Positions 9,819-18,654 of a stretch of 64,000 nt of DNA are shown piece by piece. Origin of the DNA: Candidatus Eiseniibacteriota bacterium (GTDB lineage: Bacteria > Eisenbacteria > RBG-16-71-46). The DNA is taken from positions 960,001 through 1,024,000 of the forward strand of contig CAVSAC010000014.1 in NCBI GenBank assembly GCA_963725865.1. Reading direction: 5' to 3'. Numbering within the stretch: the first letter of the stretch is position 1; each line of letters begins with the position of its first letter. The translations under genes and the position numbers were made by a program. The notes beneath the pieces were generated by a model. The model was not told where the DNA came from and ran no database searches. It saw only the letters and a list, made by a program, of their open reading frames with translations.

Positions 9819-12293
9819 ATGTCGCATCGACTCTTCGCTCGCCGTCCCGCGCTCCGCGCCCCGCGGAACGCCTCCCGGCCCCATCGCCCCGCGTCGCGCG
9901 CGTGGCGGACGGCCACGCTCCTCGCCACGCTCCTCCTGCCGTCCGCCGCGGCGGCCGAGACGGTCGAGTCCCAGCTCTGGGTCACGAACGGCCGGGTGAA
10001 CACGAGCACGACTCTCGGCGGCACGCTGTACGTCGGCGGGCAATTCACGGTGGTCGGCCCCCAGACCGGCTCCGGCGTCGCGCTCGATGCCGCGACCGGC
10101 GCGTTGCTTCCGGGCACGCCGCCGGCGAACGGCGCCGTCAGCGCCGTGATCCCCGATGGCGCAGGCGGCTGGTTCATCGGCGGCCAGTTCGACTCGGTGG
10201 GCAACCTCCCGCGCGCGGGTCTGGCGCACATCCGCGCCGATCTGTCCGTCGATCCCACGTGGAATCCCGGCGCCAACGGCGCGGTCGCCGCGCTCGCGCT
10301 CGGGAACGGCGTGCTGTACGCCGGGGGCACGTTCACGACCGTCGGGGGAGCGTCGCACGTGGGCCTCGCCGCGATCCTCGCGGCCACCGGCAACCTCAAG
10401 CCGGGCTGGACCGGGACCGCCAACAGCAACGTGAACTGCCTGGCGTACTCCAACGGCATCGTCTACGTCGGCGGGCTCTTCAACTTCGCCGGCGGCCAGG
10501 CCCGCAGCTACGTCGCCGCGCTGGACAGCGCGACCGGAGCCGCCACGCCGTGGAATCCCGGCCCCAACAACCAGGTGCTGACGATCGTCGTGAAGGACTC
10601 CACGGTCTACCTGGGGGGCACGTTCACGAGTGTGGGGGCAACCACCCGCAATCGCGCCGCGGCGCTGCAGGCCACGACCGCCGCCTTGCTCGCGTGGGAC
10701 CCGGCGGCGACCGGATCGGTCAACGCGCTGCTCCTGGATGGAGCCGTGATCTACGCGGGCGGAGGCTTCTTCACCATCGGCGGGCAGCTGCGCAGTCAGC
10801 TCGCGGCGCTCGACGCCACCACCGGACTCGCGACGCCGTGGATTGCCTCCGCCAGTCCCAACGGAGGCGTGGCCGCGCTGGCGACGGCCGGGGACACGCT
10901 CTATGTCGGCGGATCGTTCACGTCCTTCGGCACCACATCGCGCTTCTACCTCGCCGCGCTGAGCAAGCCCTCGGGCGCGATCGCGGCGTGGAACCCGGTG
11001 GCCGGCGCGTCCGTGAGCGCGCTGGCCGCCGCGGGCGGTACGGTGTTCGCCGGCGGCTCCTTCGTGTGCGCGGGCGGGGCGGCGCGCGGCAACCTGGCGG
11101 CGTTCGACCTCGCCACCGGCCGCGCCACCGCGTGGAATCCCGGAACGAACAGCAGCGTCAACGCCCTGGTCGCGATCAGCGGCACCATGTACGCGGGAGG
11201 GACGTTCCTCTCGGTGGGCAAGCCGAGCACGACGCGGCAGTACCTCGCTGCGTTCGACACCGCGACCGGCGCCGTGCTGCCCTGGAATCCCAACGGGGGG
11301 GGCACCGTGAACGCGCTCGTCACCGATGGAACCACTCTGTGGGCGGGCGGCAACTTCCTCAGCATCGGCGGCACCCTGCGCAACCGGCTGGCCGCGATCG
11401 ACGTCGCGACCGGCGCGCTCCAATCCTGGAACCCCAACGTCAGTGGCGTCGTGAACGCGCTCGCCTACGCGAACGGCGTGATCTACGTGGGCGGAAACTT
11501 CGCGACCATCGGAGGCCTCGCGCGCCCGTGGATGGGCGCAGTCGACGCGGTCACGGCGGTACCGACCGCGTTCCTTCCCGCGCCGAACTCCGTCGTCCAG
11601 ACCATCCTCCCGTCCGGGACGACGCTGTACGTCGGTGGATCGTTCACCTCGATCGGCGGCCAGCCACGGACCTACCTGGCCCAACTCGACGCGACGTCTG
11701 GCACCGCCAACGGTTGGACCACGACGCTCGACAATGGCGTGAACGCGCTGGCGCTCGCGGGCGCGACGCTGTACGTCGGCGGCGGATTCACCACGATCGG
11801 CGGGGTCGCGCGCAGCCGCCTCGCCTCGGTCGACGCGAACACGGCGATCACGTCGTCGTGGAACCCCAACGTCGCCGGACTGAGCGTGGTCACGGTAGCC
11901 GTCGGGTCGGGCCGCGTGATCGCCGGAGGCGACTTCTTCACCGTCAGCGCAGTTGCGCGCCGGAACCTCGCGAGCGTGCTTGATCCCGCGCTGCTCGCCG
12001 CGGTGCCCGTGCCGCGCGGCGCGGCGGTCGGACTGCAGCTCGAAGCCCCCGCTCCGAATCCGGCGCACGAACGCGGCGCGCTGCGCTTCACGACGGCGCG
12101 CGAGGGCCGCGTTCAGCTGGGGATCCTGGATGCCGCGGGACGGCGCGTGCGCACGCTGATCGACGGCACGCTGCTGGGATCCGGGCGCCACGTCGTGCCC
12201 TTTGCGCGCGGAGGCCTGCCGCCGGGCGTCTATCTGGTCGACCTGCGCCAGGGCGCGGCGCGCGCCACCCAGCGGCTGGTGTTCGTCGACTGA
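9819..12293 (+). CDS. Secreted repeat (beta-propeller) protein with C-terminal T9SS-CTD/FlgD-Ig-like domain
   Basis: About 14 repeats of 'WNPxxNxxVNALxxxGxTLYVGGxF...RxxLAALD'; C-terminus 'PNP...DAAGRRVRTL...PPGVYLV...RLVFVD'. Confidence 0.85.
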   Translation: MSHRLFARRPALRAPRNASRPHRPASRAWRTATLLATLLLPSAAAAETVESQLWVTNGRVNTSTTLGGTLYVGGQFTVVGPQTGSGVALDAATGALLPGTPPANGAVSAVIPDGAGGWFIGGQFDSVGNLPRAGLAHIRADLSVDPTWNPGANGAVAALALGNGVLYAGGTFTTVGGASHVGLAAILAATGNLKPGWTGTANSNVNCLAYSNGIVYVGGLFNFAGGQARSYVAALDSATGAATPWNPGPNNQVLTIVVKDSTVYLGGTFTSVGATTRNRAAALQATTAALLAWDPAATGSVNALLLDGAVIYAGGGFFTIGGQLRSQLAALDATTGLATPWIASASPNGGVAALATAGDTLYVGGSFTSFGTTSRFYLAALSKPSGAIAAWNPVAGASVSALAAAGGTVFAGGSFVCAGGAARGNLAAFDLATGRATAWNPGTNSSVNALVAISGTMYAGGTFLSVGKPSTTRQYLAAFDTATGAVLPWNPNGGGTVNALVTDGTTLWAGGNFLSIGGTLRNRLAAIDVATGALQSWNPNVSGVVNALAYANGVIYVGGNFATIGGLARPWMGAVDAVTAVPTAFLPAPNSVVQTILPSGTTLYVGGSFTSIGGQPRTYLAQLDATSGTANGWTTTLDNGVNALALAGATLYVGGGFTTIGGVARSRLASVDANTAITSSWNPNVAGLSVVTVAVGSGRVIAGGDFFTVSAVARRNLASVLDPALLAAVPVPRGAAVGLQLEAPAPNPAHERGALRFTTAREGRVQLGILDAAGRRVRTLIDGTLLGSGRHVVPFARGGLPPGVYLVDLRQGAARATQRLVFVD

Positions 12294-12476
12294 GTCCGCA
12301 CGACCGCCGCGTGGCGACGCGCAGTGGGAGCGAGGCCCGCACATGCGACGGCCCCGGGCGGCAGCCTCGGGGCCGTCTGGCGTGGGTGCCACGCCCTCGT
12401 GATAGGTTCCGGCCCGGGATGGCTTGTCACGTGGAATCCGAGCGCGTCCCACGCCGAAGCACTCCGAGGACCACGG

Positions 12477-13856
12477 ATGAAGTCCGCGCTGATCCTGTCC
12501 GCGTTTCTGCTCCTCGCTGTTCCAGCGTCGTCCGCCCCGGTTGTCGCACCGGTGCCGGGGCCGCCAGCGCTGGTCGTGCCGCCTGCCGCGCCCGAGAGCG
12601 CGTTGGATCGCGCGGGCGCGCGGCTCTCCGATACCGAGCTGTTGGAGCAGGTCCAGCGCCGGACTTTCCGCTACTTCTGGGACTTCGCCCATCCGGTCAG
12701 CGGCCTCGCGCGCGAGCGCAGCAACCTCACCCAGGAGTATGGCAACGAGATCGTGACCACCGGCGGTTCGGGCTTCGGCGTGATGGCGATCGTGGTGGCG
12801 ACCGAACGAGGGTGGATCACCCGCCCGCATGCGCTCGGGCGCCTGCTCCAGATCACCGCGTTCCTGATGAAGGCGGAGCGCTACCACGGCGTGTTCCCGC
12901 ACTGGATGGACGGCGCGACCGGCAAGACCTTTCCGTTCAGCCGCCTGGACGACGGCGGCGACATCGTCGAGACGGCCTATCTTTTCGAGGGCCTGCTCAC
13001 CGCGCGGCAGTACTTCGATCGCGCCGACTCCGACGAGGTCGAGTTGCGAGGGCGCGTGAACACCCTGTGGCGCGCGGTTGAATGGTCGTGGCACACCCAC
13101 GGCGGGCGCAAGGCGCTGTGGTGGAACTGGAGCCCGCGTCACGGATTCGCGGTCAACGCCCGGGTCTCGGGCTGGAACGAGGCGCTCGTCACCTACGTGC
13201 TCGCCGCGGGCTCGCCGACCCACCCGATCGCCGCCGCCACCTACCACCACGGCTGGGCGCGCGATGGTGCGATTCAAAATGGGCACGCGTTCTTCGGCAT
13301 CACGTTGCCGCTCGGCCCCGCCTTCGGGGGGCCGCTCTTCTTCGAGCACTACTCGTTCCTGGGCATCGATCCGCGCGGGCTGGTGGATCGCTACGCCGAC
13401 TACTGGCAGCAGTGCGTGAACCACGCGCTCATCAACCGCGAGCACTGCGTGCGGAACCCCAACGGCTTCCGGGGCTACGGCCCCGGCTCCTGGGGACTGA
13501 CCTCCAGCGACGACGGCGCGGGCTACCGGCACCACTCCCCCACCGACGATGATGGCGTCATCACGCCCACCGCCGCGCTGTCGTCGTTCCCGTACACGCC
13601 GGAGTACTCGATGCAGGCGCTGCGACACTTCCACGACGATCTCGGCGACCGACTGTGGGGCGAGTACGGCTTCGTGGACGCGTTTGACGAGTCGACGGGC
13701 TGGGTGGCGTCGTCCTACCTGGCGATCGACCAGGGGCCGACCATCGGCATGATCGAGAACCACCGCACCGGGCTGCTGTGGAGGCTGTTCATGAGCTGCC
13801 CCGAGGTCCAGCGGGGGCTGCGCTCGCTCGGGTTCCGGAGCCCCCACCTGAAGTAA
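12477..13856 (+). CDS. GH144/DUF3131 (glucoamylase-like) glycoside hydrolase, putative endo-beta-1,2-glucanase
   Basis: TFRYFWDFAHPVSGLARERSN, TTGGSGFG, DDGGDIVET, YLAIDQGP; signal peptide. Confidence 0.85.
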   Translation: MKSALILSAFLLLAVPASSAPVVAPVPGPPALVVPPAAPESALDRAGARLSDTELLEQVQRRTFRYFWDFAHPVSGLARERSNLTQEYGNEIVTTGGSGFGVMAIVVATERGWITRPHALGRLLQITAFLMKAERYHGVFPHWMDGATGKTFPFSRLDDGGDIVETAYLFEGLLTARQYFDRADSDEVELRGRVNTLWRAVEWSWHTHGGRKALWWNWSPRHGFAVNARVSGWNEALVTYVLAAGSPTHPIAAATYHHGWARDGAIQNGHAFFGITLPLGPAFGGPLFFEHYSFLGIDPRGLVDRYADYWQQCVNHALINREHCVRNPNGFRGYGPGSWGLTSSDDGAGYRHHSPTDDDGVITPTAALSSFPYTPEYSMQALRHFHDDLGDRLWGEYGFVDAFDESTGWVASSYLAIDQGPTIGMIENHRTGLLWRLFMSCPEVQRGLRSLGFRSPHLK

Positions 13857-14270
13857 CGGCTCGAGCTGGGCGCGCAGCAGCGCGGCGCTGGCGCTGGGGG
13901 AAACGCTATCCGCCCATCGAGCGGGTGGTCGCGGATCTCGCGCGGCACCGCCCGCCCGTGGTGGACATCGCGATCGAGGATGTCGCCCACACGAAGGTTC
14001 CGCTGTTGATGTCGGCGTCGGACGTCATGATCCTGACGTCCGATCACGAAGGCAGCCCCGTCGTGACCAAGGAGGCGCTCTGCTGAGGTATGCGAGTGCT
14101 CTCGCTCCCCGTGGGCGACGTCCCGCAGCAGTTCGCTGGATTCTCGGGCTGTCGCATCGCTCCGGACGAGGACCCCGTGACGATTGCGGAATGCGTGCTG
14201 GCGGCACTCGCGGAGCCCCGGACCCGATGCCACGGTTGCGCGCGCGCTGAGACGGAGATCGGGAGGCGGC
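13856..14270 (+). pseudogene. GT4 glycosyltransferase C-terminal remnant with in-frame TGA
   Basis: ...MSASDVMILTSDHEGSPVVTKEALC*GMRVLSLPVGDVPQ... matches the GT4 EX7E region; no N-terminal half; stop at 14084-14086. Confidence 0.7.
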
Positions 14271-14466
14271 CGAGACGCTGGCGGTCTACCGGCGCGTGCT
14301 GTCGAAGTGCCCGTCCTGAGCGGCGACCGCCCGATTCCCCGACGGGGGCCGGCAGGTTGCGCGCGGGACCGGCTCTCGGGCACAATCTCTCGCCGCAATC
14401 GCCGTGGGGAGGTCCCCTGAGGGCCCGCATCCCCTCAGACGCCGACCCGAAACCAGGAGTGGTCCC

Positions 14467-15024
14467 GTGATCGCAGCGACCCAGATGAAGGTTGGGATGC
14501 TCATCATGTACAACGGCAAGCCCCACCGTGTGAGCGTCGTGGTGCACCGCACCCCCGGCAACCTGCGCGGCTTCGTGCAGGCCACGCTCGTGAACATCGA
14601 GAACGGCTCGAAGAACGAGAACCGATTCTCGTCCGAGGAGAAGGTCGAACGCGCGATCCTGGACGAGCACAACCTCCAGTTCAGCTATCGCGCCGCGGAC
14701 GAATACCACTTCATGAACACCGAGTCGTACGAGATGGTTTCGCTCGACAAGGACGTGCTCGGCGACAACGTGGGGTACCTGACCGAGGGCATGGTCATCA
14801 CGGCGATGTACTGGGAGGGCCGGGTCGTCGGCATCGATGTGCCGATGTTCGTGGAACTCGCGGTCAAGGAGACCACGCCGAACATCAAGGGCGCGGCGGT
14901 GCAGAACACCGCGAAGCCGGCCATCCTGGAGACCGGGCTCGAGATCAAGGTGCCGTCCTACATCGAGTCCGGGAACCGGGTCCGCATCGACACGCGCACC
15001 GGGGAATTCGTCGAGCGCCTCTGA
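14467..15024 (+). CDS. efp: Translation elongation factor P
   Basis: EF-P architecture; C-terminus KPAILETGLEIKVPSYIESGNRVRIDTRTGEFVER; loop is HRTPGNLR. Confidence 0.95.
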   Translation: MIAATQMKVGMLIMYNGKPHRVSVVVHRTPGNLRGFVQATLVNIENGSKNENRFSSEEKVERAILDEHNLQFSYRAADEYHFMNTESYEMVSLDKDVLGDNVGYLTEGMVITAMYWEGRVVGIDVPMFVELAVKETTPNIKGAAVQNTAKPAILETGLEIKVPSYIESGNRVRIDTRTGEFVERL

Positions 15025-15096
15025 GAAGCGCGCCGCACGGGTCCACGAACGCCGTCCCGGTGTCCCGCCGGGGCGTCGTCGTTCCTCGGAGGGAAG

Positions 15097-15789
15097 ATGC
15101 CCAGCGCCATTCACGATCTCGCCGAGCTGCGCTCCGCCATCGCCGCGGACGCGGCGCTCGCCCGCCTGCTCGACGAGGCGCGGGCCGGCGCCGCGGGCGA
15201 TCCGGCGCACGACCTGGGACACGCGCTTCGCGTCGCACTGTGGACCGTGCGACTCGGCGGCCCGGCGGTCGATCTGCGCGAGGCAATCGCGGCCGCGCTG
15301 TTGCACGACGCCGTCAACCTCCCGAAGGACAGTCCCGATCGCGCACGCGCGAGCGAGCGGTCCGCCACGCACGCGGAGACGCGCCTGCCGGCGCTCGGCT
15401 TCGCGCCCGCCGCGGTGGCACGCATCACGGCTGCGGTTCGCGACCATGCGTACAGTCGCGGGGTCGAGCCCCGGGAGCCGCTGGGACGGGCGCTTCAGGA
15501 CGCCGACCGGCTCGAGGCGCTCGGCGCCATTGGGCTGCTGCGCTGCATCGGCACCGGGGCACGGATGGGGGCGGCGTGGTTCGACGACGACGATCCGTGG
15601 GCGCTCGCGCGAGCGCTCGATGACCGGCGGTACTCGGTCGACCACGTCTTCACAAAGCTGCTGAGGCTCCCGGCCAGCATGTGCACCGAGGCAGGTCGCG
15701 CCGAGGCCGAACGACGAGCGGCGTTCATCCTCGCGTTCGTCATCGCCCTCGGCGGGGAGCTTGGCGTACCGCCACCGCCGAACGTCTGA
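15097..15789 (+). CDS. HD-domain metal-dependent phosphohydrolase
   Basis: AHDLGHALRV, ALLHD, LQDADRLEALGAIG. Confidence 0.9.
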   Translation: MPSAIHDLAELRSAIAADAALARLLDEARAGAAGDPAHDLGHALRVALWTVRLGGPAVDLREAIAAALLHDAVNLPKDSPDRARASERSATHAETRLPALGFAPAAVARITAAVRDHAYSRGVEPREPLGRALQDADRLEALGAIGLLRCIGTGARMGAAWFDDDDPWALARALDDRRYSVDHVFTKLLRLPASMCTEAGRAEAERRAAFILAFVIALGGELGVPPPPNV

Positions 15790-15836
15790 AAGCGCACCCT
15801 GCACACGCCGGGGGTACATCCCCGGCGCGCCAACAG

Positions 15837-15975
15837 CGAAAACCCCCCGCGTGTCATCGCACGCAGGGGGCTCGAAATTTGATTGGGAGGGGCATCCTCG
15901 GTCCCGGGGGCCGCACCCGGGGTGCCGCTGACGCCGGTCTCCCAATACGCGTGTTGTGATGAAGCTCATTCCGGG
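15837..15975 (-). ncRNA. Putative small RNA ending in an intrinsic terminator
   Basis: ECF-like GAAAC-N16-CGTC at 15984-16008 (minus strand); stem 15882-15889/15939-15946; terminator 15843-15870 plus T tract. Confidence 0.4.
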
Positions 15976-16205
15976 GAGATTCAGACGCATCCTGAAGCTT
16001 GACGTTTCCGGGACGAAAGCGACCGCGACCGGGGCCCAAGCCGGACCTCTCGCCGCGCCCGGGTGGCCGAAAGGGCCGATCGGCCACGCTGGCACCCTCC
16101 GCCCTGGGAGGGTTCAGCTCCGCTCGACCCGGATCCCGCCCGGTGGACCGCCGGGTGCGCGAGCCGCTGCCTGCGCCCTCCAAGCCGCCACCTGGGCGGC
16201 GGGTG

Positions 16206-17390
16206 TCACTCGTTGACGCGCAGCAGCTGGAAGATCTCCTGGTTGGTCTTCCACCGGTTGAGCAGGTCGAGCAGCTTCGTCATCGCCTCCTGCGGGTGCA
16301 GCCCGGCGAGGCCCCGGCGCAGCAGCTGGAAGCGCGGCAGGATGTCGGGCGGGTAGAGCTTCTCCTCCTTGCGCGTGCCGCTCTTGGCGATGTCTATCGC
16401 GGGATAGATGCGCCGCTCGGCCAGCTCGCGCGACAGCACCAACTCCATGTTCCCGGTGCCCTTGAACTCCTCGAAGATGATCTGGTCCATGCGCGAGCCG
16501 GTGTCCACCAGCGCGGTTCCCACGATCGTGAGCGAACCGGCGTCCTCGATCTTGCGGGCGGCGCCGAAGATCTGACGTGGCGACTGCATGGCTTGCGAAT
16601 CGAGACCGCCCGACATCGTGCGGCCGCTGCCTTCGGAGCCCGCATTGTATGCGCGCGCGAGTCGGGTGATGGAGTCCAGCAGCAGCACCACGTCCTTGCC
16701 CTCGAGCACCTGTCCGGCGACCACCTCCATCGCGTACTCGGAGGTCTCGATGTGTTCCTCGATACTCATGTCGCTCGAGGCAGCGATCACGGTGGCGGGG
16801 GTGTTGCGCTTGAAGTCGGTCACTTCCTCGGGCCGCTCGTCCACCAGCAGCGCGTACACGCCGACCTCGGGGTGATTGAACGCGATCGAACTGGCGATGA
16901 TCTGCAGGATGCGCGTCTTGCCAGCCTTGGGCGGCGACACGATGAGGCAGCGCTGGCCGCGGCCGATCGGGGCGATCAGGTCGATCGCGCGCCCGGTGAT
17001 GCGGTCGCCATACGGAGGCGAACCCTTCCCCGGCGGCAGCTCGAGCACCAGCCGCTCGATCGGATCGAGCGCCACACCCGCCTGCTGCAGGTCGCGCAGG
17101 ACCTCGAGCCCGCGCCGCTCGCGGCCACTGCCTCCGCCGCGCGACCGGCGCCGGCGCTGACCGCCCTGGGGCCGCGGACCGCCGTTGCCGGGCTGTCCAC
17201 CCGCGTTCGCATAGGGCTGCGGCGCCGCATTGCTCAGCGGATGACCACCGCCGCGTGGGCGCCGCCGGCGGCGGCGCGAGGAGCCCTGTCCGGGCGCGGG
17301 GGGCACGGAGCCTGGCTGCCCCTGAGGATCCATCGGACCGCCCGCCTGAGCGGGACGCGGGCCACGGGGGCGACGACGGCGCTGTCTCAT
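16206..17390 (-). CDS. rho: Transcription termination factor Rho (atypical: Arg-rich N-terminus, no OB-fold RNA-binding domain)
   Basis: APIGRGQR, PPKAGKT, DERPEEVTD, LDSITRLARAYN, IFEEFKGTGNME, SGTRKEE. Confidence 0.9.
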   Translation of the reverse strand: MRQRRRRPRGPRPAQAGGPMDPQGQPGSVPPAPGQGSSRRRRRRPRGGGHPLSNAAPQPYANAGGQPGNGGPRPQGGQRRRRSRGGGSGRERRGLEVLRDLQQAGVALDPIERLVLELPPGKGSPPYGDRITGRAIDLIAPIGRGQRCLIVSPPKAGKTRILQIIASSIAFNHPEVGVYALLVDERPEEVTDFKRNTPATVIAASSDMSIEEHIETSEYAMEVVAGQVLEGKDVVLLLDSITRLARAYNAGSEGSGRTMSGGLDSQAMQSPRQIFGAARKIEDAGSLTIVGTALVDTGSRMDQIIFEEFKGTGNMELVLSRELAERRIYPAIDIAKSGTRKEEKLYPPDILPRFQLLRRGLAGLHPQEAMTKLLDLLNRWKTNQEIFQLLRVNE

Positions 17391-17750
17391 CGAAGTGGGA
17401 TTCCTCGCGTGTCCGCGGCCAATGTCGCGGATGGGACGCGCGCCCGTGCCGCATCGGTAGCAGGCGACCCGTTCACGGGCGCGTCGGGATGTGCGCGCGC
17501 CGTCTTCGTGTTGGCGCACGCGGGTCTGCGTCTCTTCGGGTCGCGCTCCGGCCCGGGATCCGGGAGCGCGCACTTCACCTCGCGAACGAGGGGCGTGATC
17601 GAGTTCGTAGTCCTGGGTGTGCCCGTCCACCGCATGAACGGACCGCCGTGATGAACTCTCCTTCCGAACGGCTCCCATCCCCACGGCGGCGAGGCTGGCG
17701 ATGGTGGTCCCAACCTCGGGCCCGCCCCTCATCGGAATCCGGCTGCTCGC

Positions 17751-17861
17751 TCAGCTCACGACGACGCGCCGAGGCGCGGTGAGGACGAGGAACAACACGA
17801 GGGCGGAAAGACAGCCGCGGGAGGTGAGGCCGGGCGCGATATCACGCGGCACCCGGTACAC
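17751..17861 (-). CDS. Putative 36-aa leader ORF in the rho 5' leader
   Basis: GAGGAGG RBS 4 nt before GTG; MYRVPRDIAPGLTSRGCLSALVLFLVLTAPRRVVVS; C/T-rich coding sequence. Confidence 0.35.
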   Translation of the reverse strand: MYRVPRDIAPGLTSRGCLSALVLFLVLTAPRRVVVS

Positions 17862-17892
17862 GGATCCTCCTCGGATCAGGCGTGCGGCCGGC

Positions 17893-17921
17893 ATTATCCC
17901 CGCCGGCCCGCGGATTGTCCA
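17893..17921 (-). promoter_or_regulatory. Sigma70-type promoter for the rho leader
   Basis: TGGACA-N17-GATAAT. Confidence 0.5.
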
Positions 17922-17949
17922 GCTTCGCGCGCGTTCTGGCGCCCCGCGC

Positions 17950-18504
17950 TCAGGACCCGGCGCCTCCACGCCAGGGAACGTCTCCGCCGCCCGCGCGGCG
18001 GTTGCACCAGCGCGCCATCACGAACAGCAGGTCGGCGAGGCGGTTCAGGTAGCGCACCAACCGCAGCTCGACCGGCTCCTCCTGGAGCAGCGCCACCATG
18101 CGGCGCTCCGCGCGGCGGCACACCGTGCGCGACAGGTGGCACTCGGCCGCCAGCGGCGTGCCGCTCGGCAGGATGAACGACGTGAGCGGGGCCAGTTCCG
18201 CGTCGAGGCGATCGATCAGGTGTTCGAGCGCCGTCACGTCCGGGTCACCGAGCCGCGTGAGCGTGGCGAGCGCCGCGGCGTCCGGCGCGGCCAACTCGGC
18301 GCCGAGCTGGAACAACTGGGCCTGGATCCGGGCGAGGTCGGCGTCGAGCCAGCGCTCGACGTCGTGGGCCCGCACCCGGCCCAGCACGGCGTTCAGCTCG
18401 TCCACCTCTCCGTAAGCCTCGACGCGGCGCGCGCTCTTGAGGACGCGCCCGGGCCCCAGGAGCCCGGTGGTGCCGTCATCGCCGGTACGCGTGTAGATCT
18501 TCAC
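17950..18504 (-). CDS. pduO: ATP:cob(I)alamin adenosyltransferase (PduO type)
   Basis: KIYTRTGDDGTT, YGEVDELN, RTVCRRAERR, YLNRLADLLF. Confidence 0.93.
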   Translation of the reverse strand: MKIYTRTGDDGTTGLLGPGRVLKSARRVEAYGEVDELNAVLGRVRAHDVERWLDADLARIQAQLFQLGAELAAPDAAALATLTRLGDPDVTALEHLIDRLDAELAPLTSFILPSGTPLAAECHLSRTVCRRAERRMVALLQEEPVELRLVRYLNRLADLLFVMARWCNRRAGGGDVPWRGGAGS

Positions 18505-18654
18505 GCGCGGCAGTCTAGGCGGCGCCCGGGGGTCGCACAAGCATCACAGCGGCCGGAGTCCGGCCGGCCCCTCCTCGCTTGCCACGGCGGCGGTGTGCCG
18601 TCATCATATCCGCCCGCTTCGAATACGGACCTCCAACCTGGACCGGACGCACTC

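Noticed and set aside
10000..11950. Internal repeats of the propeller gene as DGR or recombination cassettes
   Set aside because: Repeats are diverged at the DNA level, as expected for ordinary protein repeats; no reverse transcriptase or recombinase nearby
14084..14086. In-frame TGA as selenocysteine
   Set aside because: The host ORF is an N-terminally truncated GT4 fragment, not a redox site; a nonsense mutation is simpler
15957..16020. Hammerhead ribozyme (TGATGA...GAAA)
   Set aside because: Core reads GTGATGA rather than CTGANGA, and stems I/III are not convincing
17387..17713. 108-aa ORF upstream of rho, and the 508-aa extended Rho start
   Set aside because: No recognisable motifs or codon bias; the RBS-like GAGGA favours ATG 17390
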